Virus record (IMG/VR): IMGVR_UViG_3300035512_000144
Coordinates: 1-64,000 of that record
Length of the DNA stretch: 64,000 nucleotides
DNA from: a virus
Taxonomy: Duplodnaviria; Caudoviricetes
Strand: one strand, 5' to 3'
Shown here: positions 27,129 to 36,647 of the stretch, piece by piece
Position numbering within the stretch: position 1 is the stretch's first letter
How the letters are laid out: each line of letters begins with the position of its first letter
The notes under the pieces: model-generated
Databases searched by the model: none
The model's input: only the letters and a program-made list of their open reading frames with translations
What the model was told of the DNA's origin: nothing
Position numbers and translations under genes: made by a program

Positions 27129-27452
27129 ATGGTTTCTGAAAAAGATGTTCTATTTGCAATGAGTAAAAACAGAGACGAAAACAACATAGTTGATAGAATA
27201 GCTATTGAGAAAAAATTAAAATTGGATGATATGTCTCTCATTCCGTTCTTGAAAGAATTGAACAAAAAAGGATATATCACCCAAACATTAGAAAATATAG
27301 AAATAACAGAACTAGGTCTTTCTGCGTGTAAAAAGCCTTCTCTTTTTCATAGACTTTTTAATAATTTTTCCAAATTTATGTTGAATATCATTGTCGATAT
27401 TGTCGTTGCATTGATTATTGCTTTCCTCATTTATCATTTCGGATGGCAGTAA
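27129..27452 (+). CDS. Lysogeny-expressed protein, winged-helix-like with a C-terminal TM
   Basis: Coupled to cI; ends IIVDIVVALIIAFLIYHFG. Confidence 0.55.
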   Translation: MVSEKDVLFAMSKNRDENNIVDRIAIEKKLKLDDMSLIPFLKELNKKGYITQTLENIEITELGLSACKKPSLFHRLFNNFSKFMLNIIVDIVVALIIAFLIYHFGWQ

Positions 27453-27620
27453 ACCTAATACTTTTAATACCATTATAATATTAAACACAGGAATATCTTT
27501 TCTGTTATCTCCAATAAGAAGAAGATTCAAGTCGCACAAGTCTTTATACTGCTTGTCTGTAAGGTTTATACCTACATATTTAAAGCCATTTATACTTGTA
27601 TCAACGTTGTATGTTTTCAA
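27312..27620 (-). CDS. Hypothetical protein convergently overlapping the previous ORF
   Basis: GGAGAG RBS upstream; 102 aa. Confidence 0.4.
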   Translation of the reverse strand: MKTYNVDTSINGFKYVGINLTDKQYKDLCDLNLLLIGDNRKDIPVFNIIMVLKVLGLLPSEMINEESNNQCNDNIDNDIQHKFGKIIKKSMKKRRLFTRRKT

Positions 27621-27988
27621 TATCTTCTCTCCTTTATGATGTCGCTGATTATATTATATATATATCGCAAAATCGCTTGATTGTCTATTTTTTTCACCAT
27701 TTTGACAATTCCGTCACGGTAAAACTCCTTTTCTTTCATTCCCCTTTATCTCCTTGCATCATCATAATTGAATCGGTCGTATTGGTAGCAATATTCCTCA
27801 TAATCATTATAATCAAAATCGTTCATTGTCAATTCTCCTTTTCCGCGTTATAATTGAGTTCGTAGGTTTTGGGGAGCATAAGCATGAATCTGTGTGTGTG
27901 GCTTGTCGCTCCCCATCGCCGGAACTTGAATTACCGATACTTGTAAATCGGTAATTTTATTTTATAAGGGGAAAGTGACAAAAGAAAT

Positions 27989-28774
27989 ATGATAGACAGA
28001 GAAAAACTAAACAGATTATCGAAAAATTTGGTTTCCGACAGACAAGATTATATGTCTGCGTTCCGTAAGAATATTGATATGTACCTTGCGGAAAAGGATA
28101 TCACGATCAAGAGTCTGTCAGAAGAGGCTGACATTCCGTTTGAAACACTGAAAAATTTCCTTTATGGGAATCCACAGGATTGCAAGTTGTCAACTGCCGT
28201 GAAACTGGCAAGGGCGTTGAACATAAGTGTTGATGAACTAATCGGCGCGGAAACGCTGCGGTTTGATTTCAAGAATAACTCTGCAATATGCCGTAATCTG
28301 CCGGAATCCTCAATGTACCTCGTGAATTGGCTTGTACGCCACCAAGAGGCACTATACGCAAACGTTCCAAAGAATGAGCGGATAATCAGCGTCATGCACC
28401 TAATCGAGACATACGGCGGCAATATGATGGCTAATGGCGAGTTTGACCGCATGAACATTTCACATCTGTATGACGATTTGAAAGCCAAGGTATTTGTCGG
28501 CATGAACTTTGACACTGAAAGGTATATGCCTGTATACAGTCCGTATAATATCTTGCTGATTGCCAATGACCGCTTGCCATTCCGCAACGAACACTGCATC
28601 ATTATTCACGGTGGACATTTCTTTATCGCCAAGCGGATTGCGGACAGTGATAACGTCCAGTATCGGTCTGTGAATGGAAATAGGCTGATTGCCAACGAGT
28701 CAGATATTGATGAATTGGTGGGATATATCGCCCATGTGATAAGTGATATGGACTCTGTGAATTTCAGATTGTAG
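27989..28774 (+). CDS. XRE HTH regulator with a C-terminal (S24-like) domain
   Basis: ITIKSLSEEADIPFETLKNFLYG..LARALNISVDEL. Confidence 0.75.
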   Translation: MIDREKLNRLSKNLVSDRQDYMSAFRKNIDMYLAEKDITIKSLSEEADIPFETLKNFLYGNPQDCKLSTAVKLARALNISVDELIGAETLRFDFKNNSAICRNLPESSMYLVNWLVRHQEALYANVPKNERIISVMHLIETYGGNMMANGEFDRMNISHLYDDLKAKVFVGMNFDTERYMPVYSPYNILLIANDRLPFRNEHCIIIHGGHFFIAKRIADSDNVQYRSVNGNRLIANESDIDELVGYIAHVISDMDSVNFRL

Positions 28775-28779
28775 AATAC

Positions 28780-28808
28780 AGCCCCTCCGTGAATAAGAGG
28801 GGCTTTTA
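28780..28808 (+). terminator. Intrinsic terminator between convergent genes
   Basis: AGCCCCTC/GAGGGGCT stem followed by a T-run. Confidence 0.75.
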
Positions 28809-28812
28809 ATTG

Positions 28813-29238
28813 TTATTGGAAAGATTTCACAGCTGTGACCTTTCCATTGTTGTTACGCGCCCAGTATCGCGTTGTCCGGCTGTCAATATGGACAAATGTG
28901 TTGTACTGGATAATTCCGTTTATGCCAAGTTCCTGCGCATACTGTGCAACTTCTGACGGTGTATGACCCTTTACAACAATGTCATATGCCTGCCCCTTTA
29001 CGTGGTAGCTGTTGGTCGCGCCGCCCACTTTTTTGTTATACGAAACTGTACGGTATGCGCTATTGATCGTGACCGGAACACCAAAATGGTCTCTGATTTT
29101 CTGCAAATATTTCTGTACAAAAAGCACATCTGTTATGATGATGTCTGTGCCGTCCTTGCACTTAAATTCCTTGACCTCGAAATTCTTGCTGACGGATTTT
29201 TCTCCGTCACTTATTAGTGAATATTGTGTTGTACTCAT
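28813..29238 (-). CDS. Peptidase M15A cell-wall hydrolase
   Basis: NFEVKEFKC; INSAYRT..N; SYHVKGQAYDI; FVHIDSR. Confidence 0.88.
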   Translation of the reverse strand: MSTTQYSLISDGEKSVSKNFEVKEFKCKDGTDIIITDVLFVQKYLQKIRDHFGVPVTINSAYRTVSYNKKVGGATNSYHVKGQAYDIVVKGHTPSEVAQYAQELGINGIIQYNTFVHIDSRTTRYWARNNNGKVTAVKSFQ

Positions 29239-29275
29239 AAATACCTCCTTAATCGCCGTCCATTGTACTTTCCTC

Positions 29276-29992
29276 CTATCTCACGTAAATCATTCCGCTT
29301 TTGCCTACCGCGCATATGTAGCCGGAAGGAATTTTCATCCAAATCGCATCTCCGGCAATCTCTGTACCTTTGCAAGTAACTACTGTACCTTTTTTGAGTA
29401 TGCCGTATCCTTCTTCATCTTCCGTGGAATGTGACTTCGCGTTAGTTGTAAGTTTAAGATACTTCTTCTTGTTACCATCCGGCGTTTCGCGGATATACAT
29501 ATTATCATGCAATGTGTAACACTTTCCTACAACATAGGTTGATGTGTTTCCATTTGCAGTTTTCACGGTTTCACCAACAGGAGTCAAAAACAGCTTTTGT
29601 TCTTCCTGCCTGCGCCGGAGAAGTCCTGCAAGGATTTTACCGCCGGATTTGCAGTACAAGAGCATTTTCTCCGCGATAACCTCACGGCTGCGTGTGCCAC
29701 TTGCAGTCAGTTCCTTGATATTTCCAACGTTAAATGCAAAGCTGACAAGTGCGTCAAACTCATTCTGATTCCAATGATATGTGCTGTCATATTTTGCGAC
29801 TTTGTTTTCTTTTATGATAATATCTGACACAAAATAAGCGTCTGCCTGCGCCTTTGTGATAGTCATTCCTTTGGTAACGCCTTCCGTGTGTCCGTAACCG
29901 ATAGTCCATACGCCCTTAGAGTCTTGATACGATTCCAGTTCGCAATTTTCAAAACTCTTTATTAAGTTCAGCCCATTTTGACTTGTTTTCAT
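29276..29992 (-). CDS. Endolysin: GH24 lysozyme + SH3-like domain
   Basis: LIKSFE..YQDSKGVWTIGYGHT; NQNEFDALVSFAFNVG; GLLRRR.EE. Confidence 0.92.
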   Translation of the reverse strand: MKTSQNGLNLIKSFENCELESYQDSKGVWTIGYGHTEGVTKGMTITKAQADAYFVSDIIIKENKVAKYDSTYHWNQNEFDALVSFAFNVGNIKELTASGTRSREVIAEKMLLYCKSGGKILAGLLRRRQEEQKLFLTPVGETVKTANGNTSTYVVGKCYTLHDNMYIRETPDGNKKKYLKLTTNAKSHSTEDEEGYGILKKGTVVTCKGTEIAGDAIWMKIPSGYICAVGKSGMIYVR

Positions 29993-30312
29993 TCTGATGT
30001 ACTCCCATGCTTAATCTCGTTGACAATGCCCTCTACAATCGTGTCCAGTTCGTCATATGACAGGTTGATTTTCAGTTTGGAATTGATGATGTTCATGACA
30101 TAGTCCATGACATACTCTTTCTTTTCCTGCCACTGTTCTGTTGTGTAAATCTGCTCCGCGCACCGCACAGCCACCGACACATAGGTAGTCACCTTGTCCA
30201 GTTCAATCTCCCCGATTTTGGATTTCAGATATGGAATGACATACGCAGACACAAACGCTCCGATAATCGTGATAAGTGCCATGCACACCTTTACAAATAA
30301 TTCACCGCTCAT
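29989..30312 (-). CDS. Holin (LL-H-like)
   Basis: N-terminal TM; AVRCAEQIY..EKKEYV..IEG.V.E.K. Confidence 0.75.
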   Translation of the reverse strand: MSGELFVKVCMALITIIGAFVSAYVIPYLKSKIGEIELDKVTTYVSVAVRCAEQIYTTEQWQEKKEYVMDYVMNIINSKLKINLSYDELDTIVEGIVNEIKHGSTSE

Positions 30313-30575
30313 ACTTCGCCCTCACTTTCGTCTATGTTCTTTCCAAATTTTGATATGTTCTCGTTTTTGGCTTTCCAGATGATAAACCCTGTGTGTATTC
30401 CCAACTCCGCAAATGCCACGGGAATGCCTGCGTTTATGACTGACAAGTCCTCGATGCCAAGGTAATTGCTAACCGCATTCAACGCAAAGCACGCCCATGT
30501 AAAAATCCACACCATACGGAAATTGAAATAATACAGTTTATCAGAAAAGCCACGATTAGACAGTAATTTCTTCAT
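30309..30575 (-). CDS. Two-TM lysis-module protein
   Basis: Hydrophobic helices; IWKAKNENISK. Confidence 0.55.
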   Translation of the reverse strand: MKKLLSNRGFSDKLYYFNFRMVWIFTWACFALNAVSNYLGIEDLSVINAGIPVAFAELGIHTGFIIWKAKNENISKFGKNIDESEGEV

Positions 30576-30578
30576 GTA

Positions 30579-30737
30579 TTACTCTCCTGTTTCTGTTTCC
30601 AACGCCTCACCTGTGATTTCCTCATATTCCTCCGCCGTAATCGCACCAAGAGAAGCATACCTTTTCAGTTGCTCCTTCGTGCAGTAATTCTTCTCGTACC
30701 GCGTTTTCAACTTCTCATACATTTTGTTGTGTTCCAT
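30579..30737 (-). CDS. XkdX-family small protein (52 aa, not in the ORF track)
   Basis: YEKLKTRYEKNYCTKEQLKRYASLGAITAEEYEEITGE; AGGAGG RBS. Confidence 0.8.
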   Translation of the reverse strand: MEHNKMYEKLKTRYEKNYCTKEQLKRYASLGAITAEEYEEITGEALETETGE

Positions 30738-30753
30738 TTCTCATTTTCCTCCT

Positions 30754-31110
30754 TTATGCGTTCATTTCCAGTTCCATAATCCGAAGGTCAAGTTCTGTGA
30801 TTGTCTGCTCTGCCTCCATGATAGCGATATCCTGTGCTGTGATTTCCTGCTCCGTGGCTACAATGCCCGGCGTGAATCTATCCTCATACCGGCTGTGATG
30901 GTCAATCACATACCAGTCATAGCATCTGCCGTCTGCGCCTTCCTCTGACCGATATTTTTCCAAAACGTCAAAGTTGTCCGTTATGTGACTGTCTGCATAC
31001 TTCCTTGTGATTGACACGCCTCCTGTTAGGTTTGAATGTTCCTCCCCAACGGTTTTCAAGTTTTCCATCCTCACGCCATTACGCCGCACTGTCCCGAAGA
31101 TGTAATCCAT
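30754..31110 (-). CDS. Tail-fibre-associated protein preceding XkdX (XkdW-like)
   Basis: C-terminal coiled coil EQTITELDLRIMELE; overlaps the RT 3' end. Confidence 0.5.
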   Translation of the reverse strand: MDYIFGTVRRNGVRMENLKTVGEEHSNLTGGVSITRKYADSHITDNFDVLEKYRSEEGADGRCYDWYVIDHHSRYEDRFTPGIVATEQEITAQDIAIMEAEQTITELDLRIMELEMNA

Positions 31111-32171
31111 TTTTTAATCGCCTCCTTGTAATAGTCGCGCACGATCTTCTTTAGCTGCCTTTGCGTATGTTTCTTCACAAAGTTTGCATAAAGATGTACG
31201 CTGTTGCAATGTTTCAACGCACCAAGCCTTGATAACAGACCTTGTGCGAATTTCACTGGTACGAGTCTGCCACATTCTCTCATGCGGTAGTACCGTTTCA
31301 GATGTTGTTTCAACCGCAGAAGTGTTTTCTTTCTCAGGAGTGTATACCCTTTGCCAAATCTATATCCGAGCGCATTCGGCATTCTCTTTGATGTCCTGAA
31401 TTTCTGCCAGTTCCCTTTCAACTCCAGTTCATGTTCTCCGAGCCATGCGCTAACAAGGGCAATGATTTTGCCTGCTGTTCTCTTGCGGTTTGTGAAAACA
31501 GTAAAGTTGTCCATATACCTTATATAATGTGTCGCGCCGTTTTCTCTGATAAGCTGGTCAAGCGGCTGCAAGACTGTGTTTGCAAACCACTGTGAGCAAT
31601 ATGCGCCTATCATAATCCCGTCCTTGATGATACGTTCAATCAAATCCAAGGTTCTGAAATCCTTGATAAGCTGTTTCATGCGTTTCATAACTATTTCCGG
31701 TTTCAGACTATCGTAGAAATGGCGTATGTCCATCTCAATGCAATATTTCATGCCTTTTCCGCGTTTCATCCACTTCTTGATGCCATTAGCGCCGTAAATC
31801 GTGCCGCGTTTCTTGATGCTCCCGCAACACCACTTGTCCATGCCTCGCATAAATATTGGTTCTAACACTTGTATCAGTGCATGATGAACACATTGGTCGG
31901 GAAACATTTTAGGTTCGCATATCTCCCGCCACTTTTCAGCGTTCATGTCATACCTTTTCTTTTTGATGACAGGGGACGGCTCAAATCCATTCACCAACAA
32001 TTCGTATAATTCATGTACTCTTTCGTCCATGGTATTTTCCAACCATATGACGGTCTTATTCGGTTTGTCGGGAAAATGAACCCATCTGTGCGAATTGCAT
32101 ACCGTCTGTATCGCTTTCCTTAGATTTTCTTCTGAAATTATCTTTGTAAATAAATGATTAGCACGTTTCAT
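31071..32171 (-). CDS. DGR reverse transcriptase
   Basis: KWREICEP..DQCVHHA; MDIRHFYDS; GIMIGAYCSQWFAN; YIRYMDNF; adjacent to the TR. Confidence 0.95.
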   Translation of the reverse strand: MKRANHLFTKIISEENLRKAIQTVCNSHRWVHFPDKPNKTVIWLENTMDERVHELYELLVNGFEPSPVIKKKRYDMNAEKWREICEPKMFPDQCVHHALIQVLEPIFMRGMDKWCCGSIKKRGTIYGANGIKKWMKRGKGMKYCIEMDIRHFYDSLKPEIVMKRMKQLIKDFRTLDLIERIIKDGIMIGAYCSQWFANTVLQPLDQLIRENGATHYIRYMDNFTVFTNRKRTAGKIIALVSAWLGEHELELKGNWQKFRTSKRMPNALGYRFGKGYTLLRKKTLLRLKQHLKRYYRMRECGRLVPVKFAQGLLSRLGALKHCNSVHLYANFVKKHTQRQLKKIVRDYYKEAIKKWITSSGQCGVMA

Positions 32172-32353
32172 TGATATGCCATCTCCTTTTGACCTAACGA
32201 CCTTTCCCACGCCATTTCTGGGGTACTAAGCCGTTCCATATCGGCACTATCTTCACCGTGTGGTGTGCGGTTTCTGCACCTATATAAAAACGCTTCAGAT
32301 GTAAGCGTAATTACTGAAATAATTGGATGTGCAATCCGATTTTAAAAGGGGTT

Positions 32354-32488
32354 GGGAGCCGATGAAGCCGTTCGAGTTCGAGGCGGCGTTGTTGCCGTTC
32401 AAGTAGAACAACCCGTAGTCCTGGTCCTGGCTGTAGTAGCCGCCCACGCGCAACACAACCCCAGAAGTGTTGTAGTTGCAGTAGTCGC
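32354..32488 (-). repeat. DGR template repeat (TR), 135 nt
   Basis: Rich in AAC codons; differs from the VR at 14 positions, 13 of them TR adenines. Confidence 0.97.
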
Positions 32489-32562
32489 CAAAGAGCCAAG
32501 AGCATCGGCCACTGGTGCAGAAACCCCATAAATATTTGCTGTATCTAATTTTTTAATTAGGT

Positions 32563-32597
32563 GGGGATATGAGATATCCCCCTCTTGCCGTTGGCAA
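32563..32597. promoter_or_regulatory. Hairpins downstream of the VR (candidate DGR homing cruciform)
   Basis: GGGGATAT-GAG-ATATCCCC and TTGCC-GTT-GGCAA, both with 3-nt loops. Confidence 0.6.
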
Positions 32598-32607
32598 TTC
32601 ACCCCCT

Positions 32608-34665
32608 CTATGGCAATTCGAGGAGACGGGAACCGACGAAGCCGTACGAGCCCGAGGCGGCGCTGCCGCCGTCCAAGTAGAACAACCCGTAGTCCTGGCC
32701 CCGGCTGTAGTAGCCGCCCACGCGCAACACAACCCCAGAAGCGTTGCAGTCGCAGTAGTCGCATACATATGTTGACTTGCTTCCAGATACCGCCGATACG
32801 TACCAAAACTTATAATTCGAACTTATACTCATAATGTCGTAAGCAGATATATACCCGGATGATGTTGGTCTTTCGCCTACCAGTGTTCCATTGGATGAAT
32901 CTGAGAATTTTGACGGGTTAATGATGTAATATATATTTGCACCGCTGAAATAGATGCCATCACACCAATCAAACACATTGCCCCACAAATCCTCGATGTA
33001 GCGGTACTGTGTAGCACCGTAAATAGTTCTGCTCGTCCTGTCTGTTCCGGTGTGATACGGCATGGAATCTGTCGCACCTGTGGAGTAAATTGATCCACTT
33101 GGAGAACAGCCGTACCCTATCTTTTCTTGTGAGTTCCAGTTAGCGAACTCCACTAGATAGAGCATTCGTATTGTTACAAGGGTGGCGTAATCCCATTGCC
33201 AGATGTTTGCACCCAAATTGTGGATATAGGTTCTGAAATTCGCTCTCGTTACATTCCCTTTTGGAGTAACACCAGTTTCAGATTTATAATTCGAGGAACA
33301 GTGATATCTTCCAACGTATATTACATCCCTTTCGCCTGTTCCATCGCCCCTGTCCATGTGGGCGGGCGAAACAAAATACCCTTCCGATTTCGCATATGCA
33401 GAATATTCCTTCGGAACAATTTGCAACTTCATCTTTGTTCCGCTTTTGGTCAGCTTGTAGTAATACTTCGGGATAGACACCATGACACCGCCCGTCCTCG
33501 TACTTTTCTGCATTCCTGCCCACGGCTGAATGCCATCAAATGGGCTTCCCGGCGTGGTCGTCATTCCGCTATAATACGGATTCGGGTCGGTAAAACCCTC
33601 TGCATCGTCTGTCCGGCTCCAGGATGTTGTGCTTGTCCCATCCCATTCTACGCCGTAAACCGCTGCAAACGATGCTGTGACGGATATTGTCTTGCTTGTG
33701 GAGTTATGGTTATCATCCGATGCTACCGAAACCGTAATGGTGGCTGTTCCTGACGCACCACTTGGGCTTGTGATTGTAATTACACCGTCACTTGCCAACG
33801 TGGTCGGCGAAACTGTCGCAATGCTCGTATTTGACGATTTAACCGTGACTGTTCCTGTGGCTCCCGAAACATTGACCGTTGCTGACTCATTACTGCTGTC
33901 CAGCGTTACAGAGGTTTTTGACAGTGTGACATTGCCGGATGCTTTGTTGATGCTCCAGGCGATTTCTATCCCGTCTGTCGTTCCATCTGACCACATATAG
34001 TCAATCGTAGGCGTAAATATAGCGGAATAAGAGCCGGCGTTAATGCCAGATACTTCACCGCTCACATCGCAGCTACCGTCTACATAGCCGGACCATGTCG
34101 GTGTCTGTTCCTCTCCTGTATATGTAAGAGTGTTCCCCTGCGTTGGTGTTTGCAATACAATTCTCTCCGGTGCCGCAGATATACTTGTGCCGTCTGTGTA
34201 TTTCTTGCCGTCAGTGTACGGAAAGAATCTGTAATAGTAAACCTTTCCATTTTCAAGTCCACTATCTGTGTATGGAGTAGATGCGTAAGCATTCCGCTCC
34301 TTGCTGTCAACTACAACGTCACCGTCTGTCTTGCTTGTTGGTGCTGAACCTTCCTTTCTCACTAGAAGCGTTCCTCCCCATGCCGCCAACGTCACGCCGG
34401 ATAATACAACATCCTCCGGGTCTGTCCATGTGAGCGAAACGGAACGAGATGATGCAGTCGCGGATGCACCGATTACATCTCCAATGCCAACACCACCGCC
34501 GCCTCCGCCCTCAATCGTACATGAGTCTAGCGTTTTATCACCGGACTTTAGCTGAAATACGCCGGACAAGGAATTATAATCCAAGTTATCCGCCTTTCCA
34601 TCCAACTCGATTTTCACTAAATCCAATATTTCTTTTATGTTTTCCTTGCCCAAAAATTTCTTCAT
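32608..34665 (-). CDS. DGR target: tail/receptor-binding protein with FN3/Ig-like domains and a C-terminal CLec fold
   Basis: YYYRFFPY FN3; Ig-like repeats; FRYRYIEDLWGNV-type and RVGG..GLF..GSRL CLec motifs; VR at the 3' end. Confidence 0.9.
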   Translation of the reverse strand: MKKFLGKENIKEILDLVKIELDGKADNLDYNSLSGVFQLKSGDKTLDSCTIEGGGGGGVGIGDVIGASATASSRSVSLTWTDPEDVVLSGVTLAAWGGTLLVRKEGSAPTSKTDGDVVVDSKERNAYASTPYTDSGLENGKVYYYRFFPYTDGKKYTDGTSISAAPERIVLQTPTQGNTLTYTGEEQTPTWSGYVDGSCDVSGEVSGINAGSYSAIFTPTIDYMWSDGTTDGIEIAWSINKASGNVTLSKTSVTLDSSNESATVNVSGATGTVTVKSSNTSIATVSPTTLASDGVITITSPSGASGTATITVSVASDDNHNSTSKTISVTASFAAVYGVEWDGTSTTSWSRTDDAEGFTDPNPYYSGMTTTPGSPFDGIQPWAGMQKSTRTGGVMVSIPKYYYKLTKSGTKMKLQIVPKEYSAYAKSEGYFVSPAHMDRGDGTGERDVIYVGRYHCSSNYKSETGVTPKGNVTRANFRTYIHNLGANIWQWDYATLVTIRMLYLVEFANWNSQEKIGYGCSPSGSIYSTGATDSMPYHTGTDRTSRTIYGATQYRYIEDLWGNVFDWCDGIYFSGANIYYIINPSKFSDSSNGTLVGERPTSSGYISAYDIMSISSNYKFWYVSAVSGSKSTYVCDYCDCNASGVVLRVGGYYSRGQDYGLFYLDGGSAASGSYGFVGSRLLELP
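32628..32762 (-). repeat. DGR variable repeat (VR), 135 nt
   Basis: Hand alignment to the TR. Confidence 0.97.
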
Positions 34666-34683
34666 GTCATGTCCTCGCTCAAA

Positions 34684-35154
34684 TTATGATGTAAATACAG
34701 AGTCCCACACTGCCTTGACTTCGTCTGTGGATAGTTCTTCTACATCATCCTCTTTCAGATACCCAGACAGGTCAACCGCCGTAGTTCCGAAAAGTTCATA
34801 GCTGTCGCCGTTCCAGAAATATTCATCCATGACATTCGGTGCTGTGCCGCTGTTTGGAACAAGATAGATAACACCGCCTACGCCTGTCTCCGGCAGTCCT
34901 GCAAAAGTGTCATACTTTTCAAAACTAAGCCCTGTGACATCTCCAAGCGCGTCATTGATTGCCTGTGTCATTTCCTCTGTTGTGGAATACTTTGACAGGT
35001 CAATGCCATCCAGTTTTGTCTTCAAATCATCCGTGAAGTCATTTGCGGATAAATCCTTTCCCTCTACTGCCTTGACGTACTTTGCAAACTCTGTGCTTAA
35101 AAGCTGCACGATGTAGAGTAAATCTGATTTTCCTAAATATTCTGTCTTTGCCAT
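34684..35154 (-). CDS. Tail-tip/baseplate accessory protein
   Basis: GKDLSANDFTD; LPETGVGGVIYLV; YELFGTTAVDLSGY. Confidence 0.6.
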   Translation of the reverse strand: MAKTEYLGKSDLLYIVQLLSTEFAKYVKAVEGKDLSANDFTDDLKTKLDGIDLSKYSTTEEMTQAINDALGDVTGLSFEKYDTFAGLPETGVGGVIYLVPNSGTAPNVMDEYFWNGDSYELFGTTAVDLSGYLKEDDVEELSTDEVKAVWDSVFTS

Positions 35155-35190
35155 GATTAAAAATCCTCGCTTTCTGTTTGGTTAAATTAT

Positions 35191-36609
35191 TTATGAGTTA
35201 AATGTTGCATCCCATATACTCTTGATATCCGCGTAGGACATTTCGCTGTCCTCGCCCAGTGCTCCTATTTCTTCCGCGGTATATGTTGGCTTGTTCTCCT
35301 GTTTCGCCCAATCTGGCACTGTCGGGTCTTGTTCTTCTGTTAGATAACCTTTTCTGTTAAGTTCCTCTTGTGTGACGTATTTTGATAATTTTTCAACAAG
35401 TAAAAGTCCGTTCGCTTCATCACCATATTTTACTGTAAATTTATCATCAGAAATGTAGTAAATAGCATTTTCTATGCTTTCTGTCACATCATCCAGTTTT
35501 ACAAGCTGGTTAAATGTCTTCCCATCTTTCGTGGAGAACAAATATGAGCCATCATTACTGATGTACGCCTCAAAATAGAACATCCCATTTACAAATACAA
35601 TGTTGCTGACATAGTTTGCATCTGAATTAAATACTGTAGAATCCCAAGTGACAGCATCATTGGATGTGTAACAATTACCACTGGAAACCGTAAGAAATAT
35701 ATCATTTCCATTTGCAATATACCAGTTGCTAAAGTAAGCATTTGATTTTGTGAACGTCTGCAAATCAGTAGAATAATATACACCACCGTTTGAAACTCTT
35801 ACAACAAGCGTATTTCCGTCATAACACATTCCCGTTGCAAATCCAAATCTGCTTATGCTGACAACACTGAATACAGAGTCACCCTTTTCTTTGATATACA
35901 GAGCGGTAGTTGATACGCCAACTCCTCCATTTGCAAAGAACACCTTATTATTTCCATATGAAAATGCATATGCTTGTTCAATCGCAATATCAGATGTGCC
36001 GTCATTATATTTTTCCTGCGTCCATGCCACGCCATCCTTAGATGACACAAGACATCCATTTGTTCCTGGCAACGTTATGTACAATGTTTCGTATGCTTGA
36101 TGCAACATTGCACTGGAATAATAATTATGATAATTTGAAACATCATCACTTAAATTTTTCAACAAATCAGATGGGAAGTAAAACTCTCCATTTGTTTTCC
36201 AATCATCAAAATCTGTTGTCTTGCACATAAACCAATGTTTTATATAACTGTTTTCTTTTTCAAATCCGTGGAAAAGAATGTAATACACCCCATTGAAATA
36301 TTCAACTCCAAGGATTTTGTATAAAATCATTGTTGTACTGTCTACATCAACATAGGAATCCATCGCGCCATTAGTCGTATTTTCAACGCTATATAAAAAT
36401 TCAGAATCATTTTCCAGCGCGTCAACACGTGCCGACACATTCTCCATGCTGTCGCCCAGTTTTGAGATGTTGATTGAGTTGGCATAAATCCCAGCCTCTA
36501 TGATATCCATAGCCTCAGCTGTTACAGGCGTTTCTTGGGATGGTAATTCTTCCCAATTTTCCTTGCTGTATATTTTCTGTATTGCTTTTTCGTATATGTC
36601 TTTTGCCAT
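35191..36609 (-). CDS. Tail fibre/baseplate protein with beta-propeller-like repeats
   Basis: NWEELPSQETPV N-terminus; S.DG.TW repeats; DPTVPDWAKQ..KPTYTAEEIGA. Confidence 0.65.
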   Translation of the reverse strand: MAKDIYEKAIQKIYSKENWEELPSQETPVTAEAMDIIEAGIYANSINISKLGDSMENVSARVDALENDSEFLYSVENTTNGAMDSYVDVDSTTMILYKILGVEYFNGVYYILFHGFEKENSYIKHWFMCKTTDFDDWKTNGEFYFPSDLLKNLSDDVSNYHNYYSSAMLHQAYETLYITLPGTNGCLVSSKDGVAWTQEKYNDGTSDIAIEQAYAFSYGNNKVFFANGGVGVSTTALYIKEKGDSVFSVVSISRFGFATGMCYDGNTLVVRVSNGGVYYSTDLQTFTKSNAYFSNWYIANGNDIFLTVSSGNCYTSNDAVTWDSTVFNSDANYVSNIVFVNGMFYFEAYISNDGSYLFSTKDGKTFNQLVKLDDVTESIENAIYYISDDKFTVKYGDEANGLLLVEKLSKYVTQEELNRKGYLTEEQDPTVPDWAKQENKPTYTAEEIGALGEDSEMSYADIKSIWDATFNS

Positions 36610-36647
36610 GTATTCCTCATTTCTGCACTATTTGTGCGGTAGAACAT

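Noticed and set aside
32311-32834. Short ORFs 32311-32529, 32399-32806, 32553-32768, 32569-32775 and 32610-32834 as an Avd or accessory gene
   Set aside because: They are alternate-frame shadows of the GC-rich TR/VR, with duplicated peptide text and no RBS.
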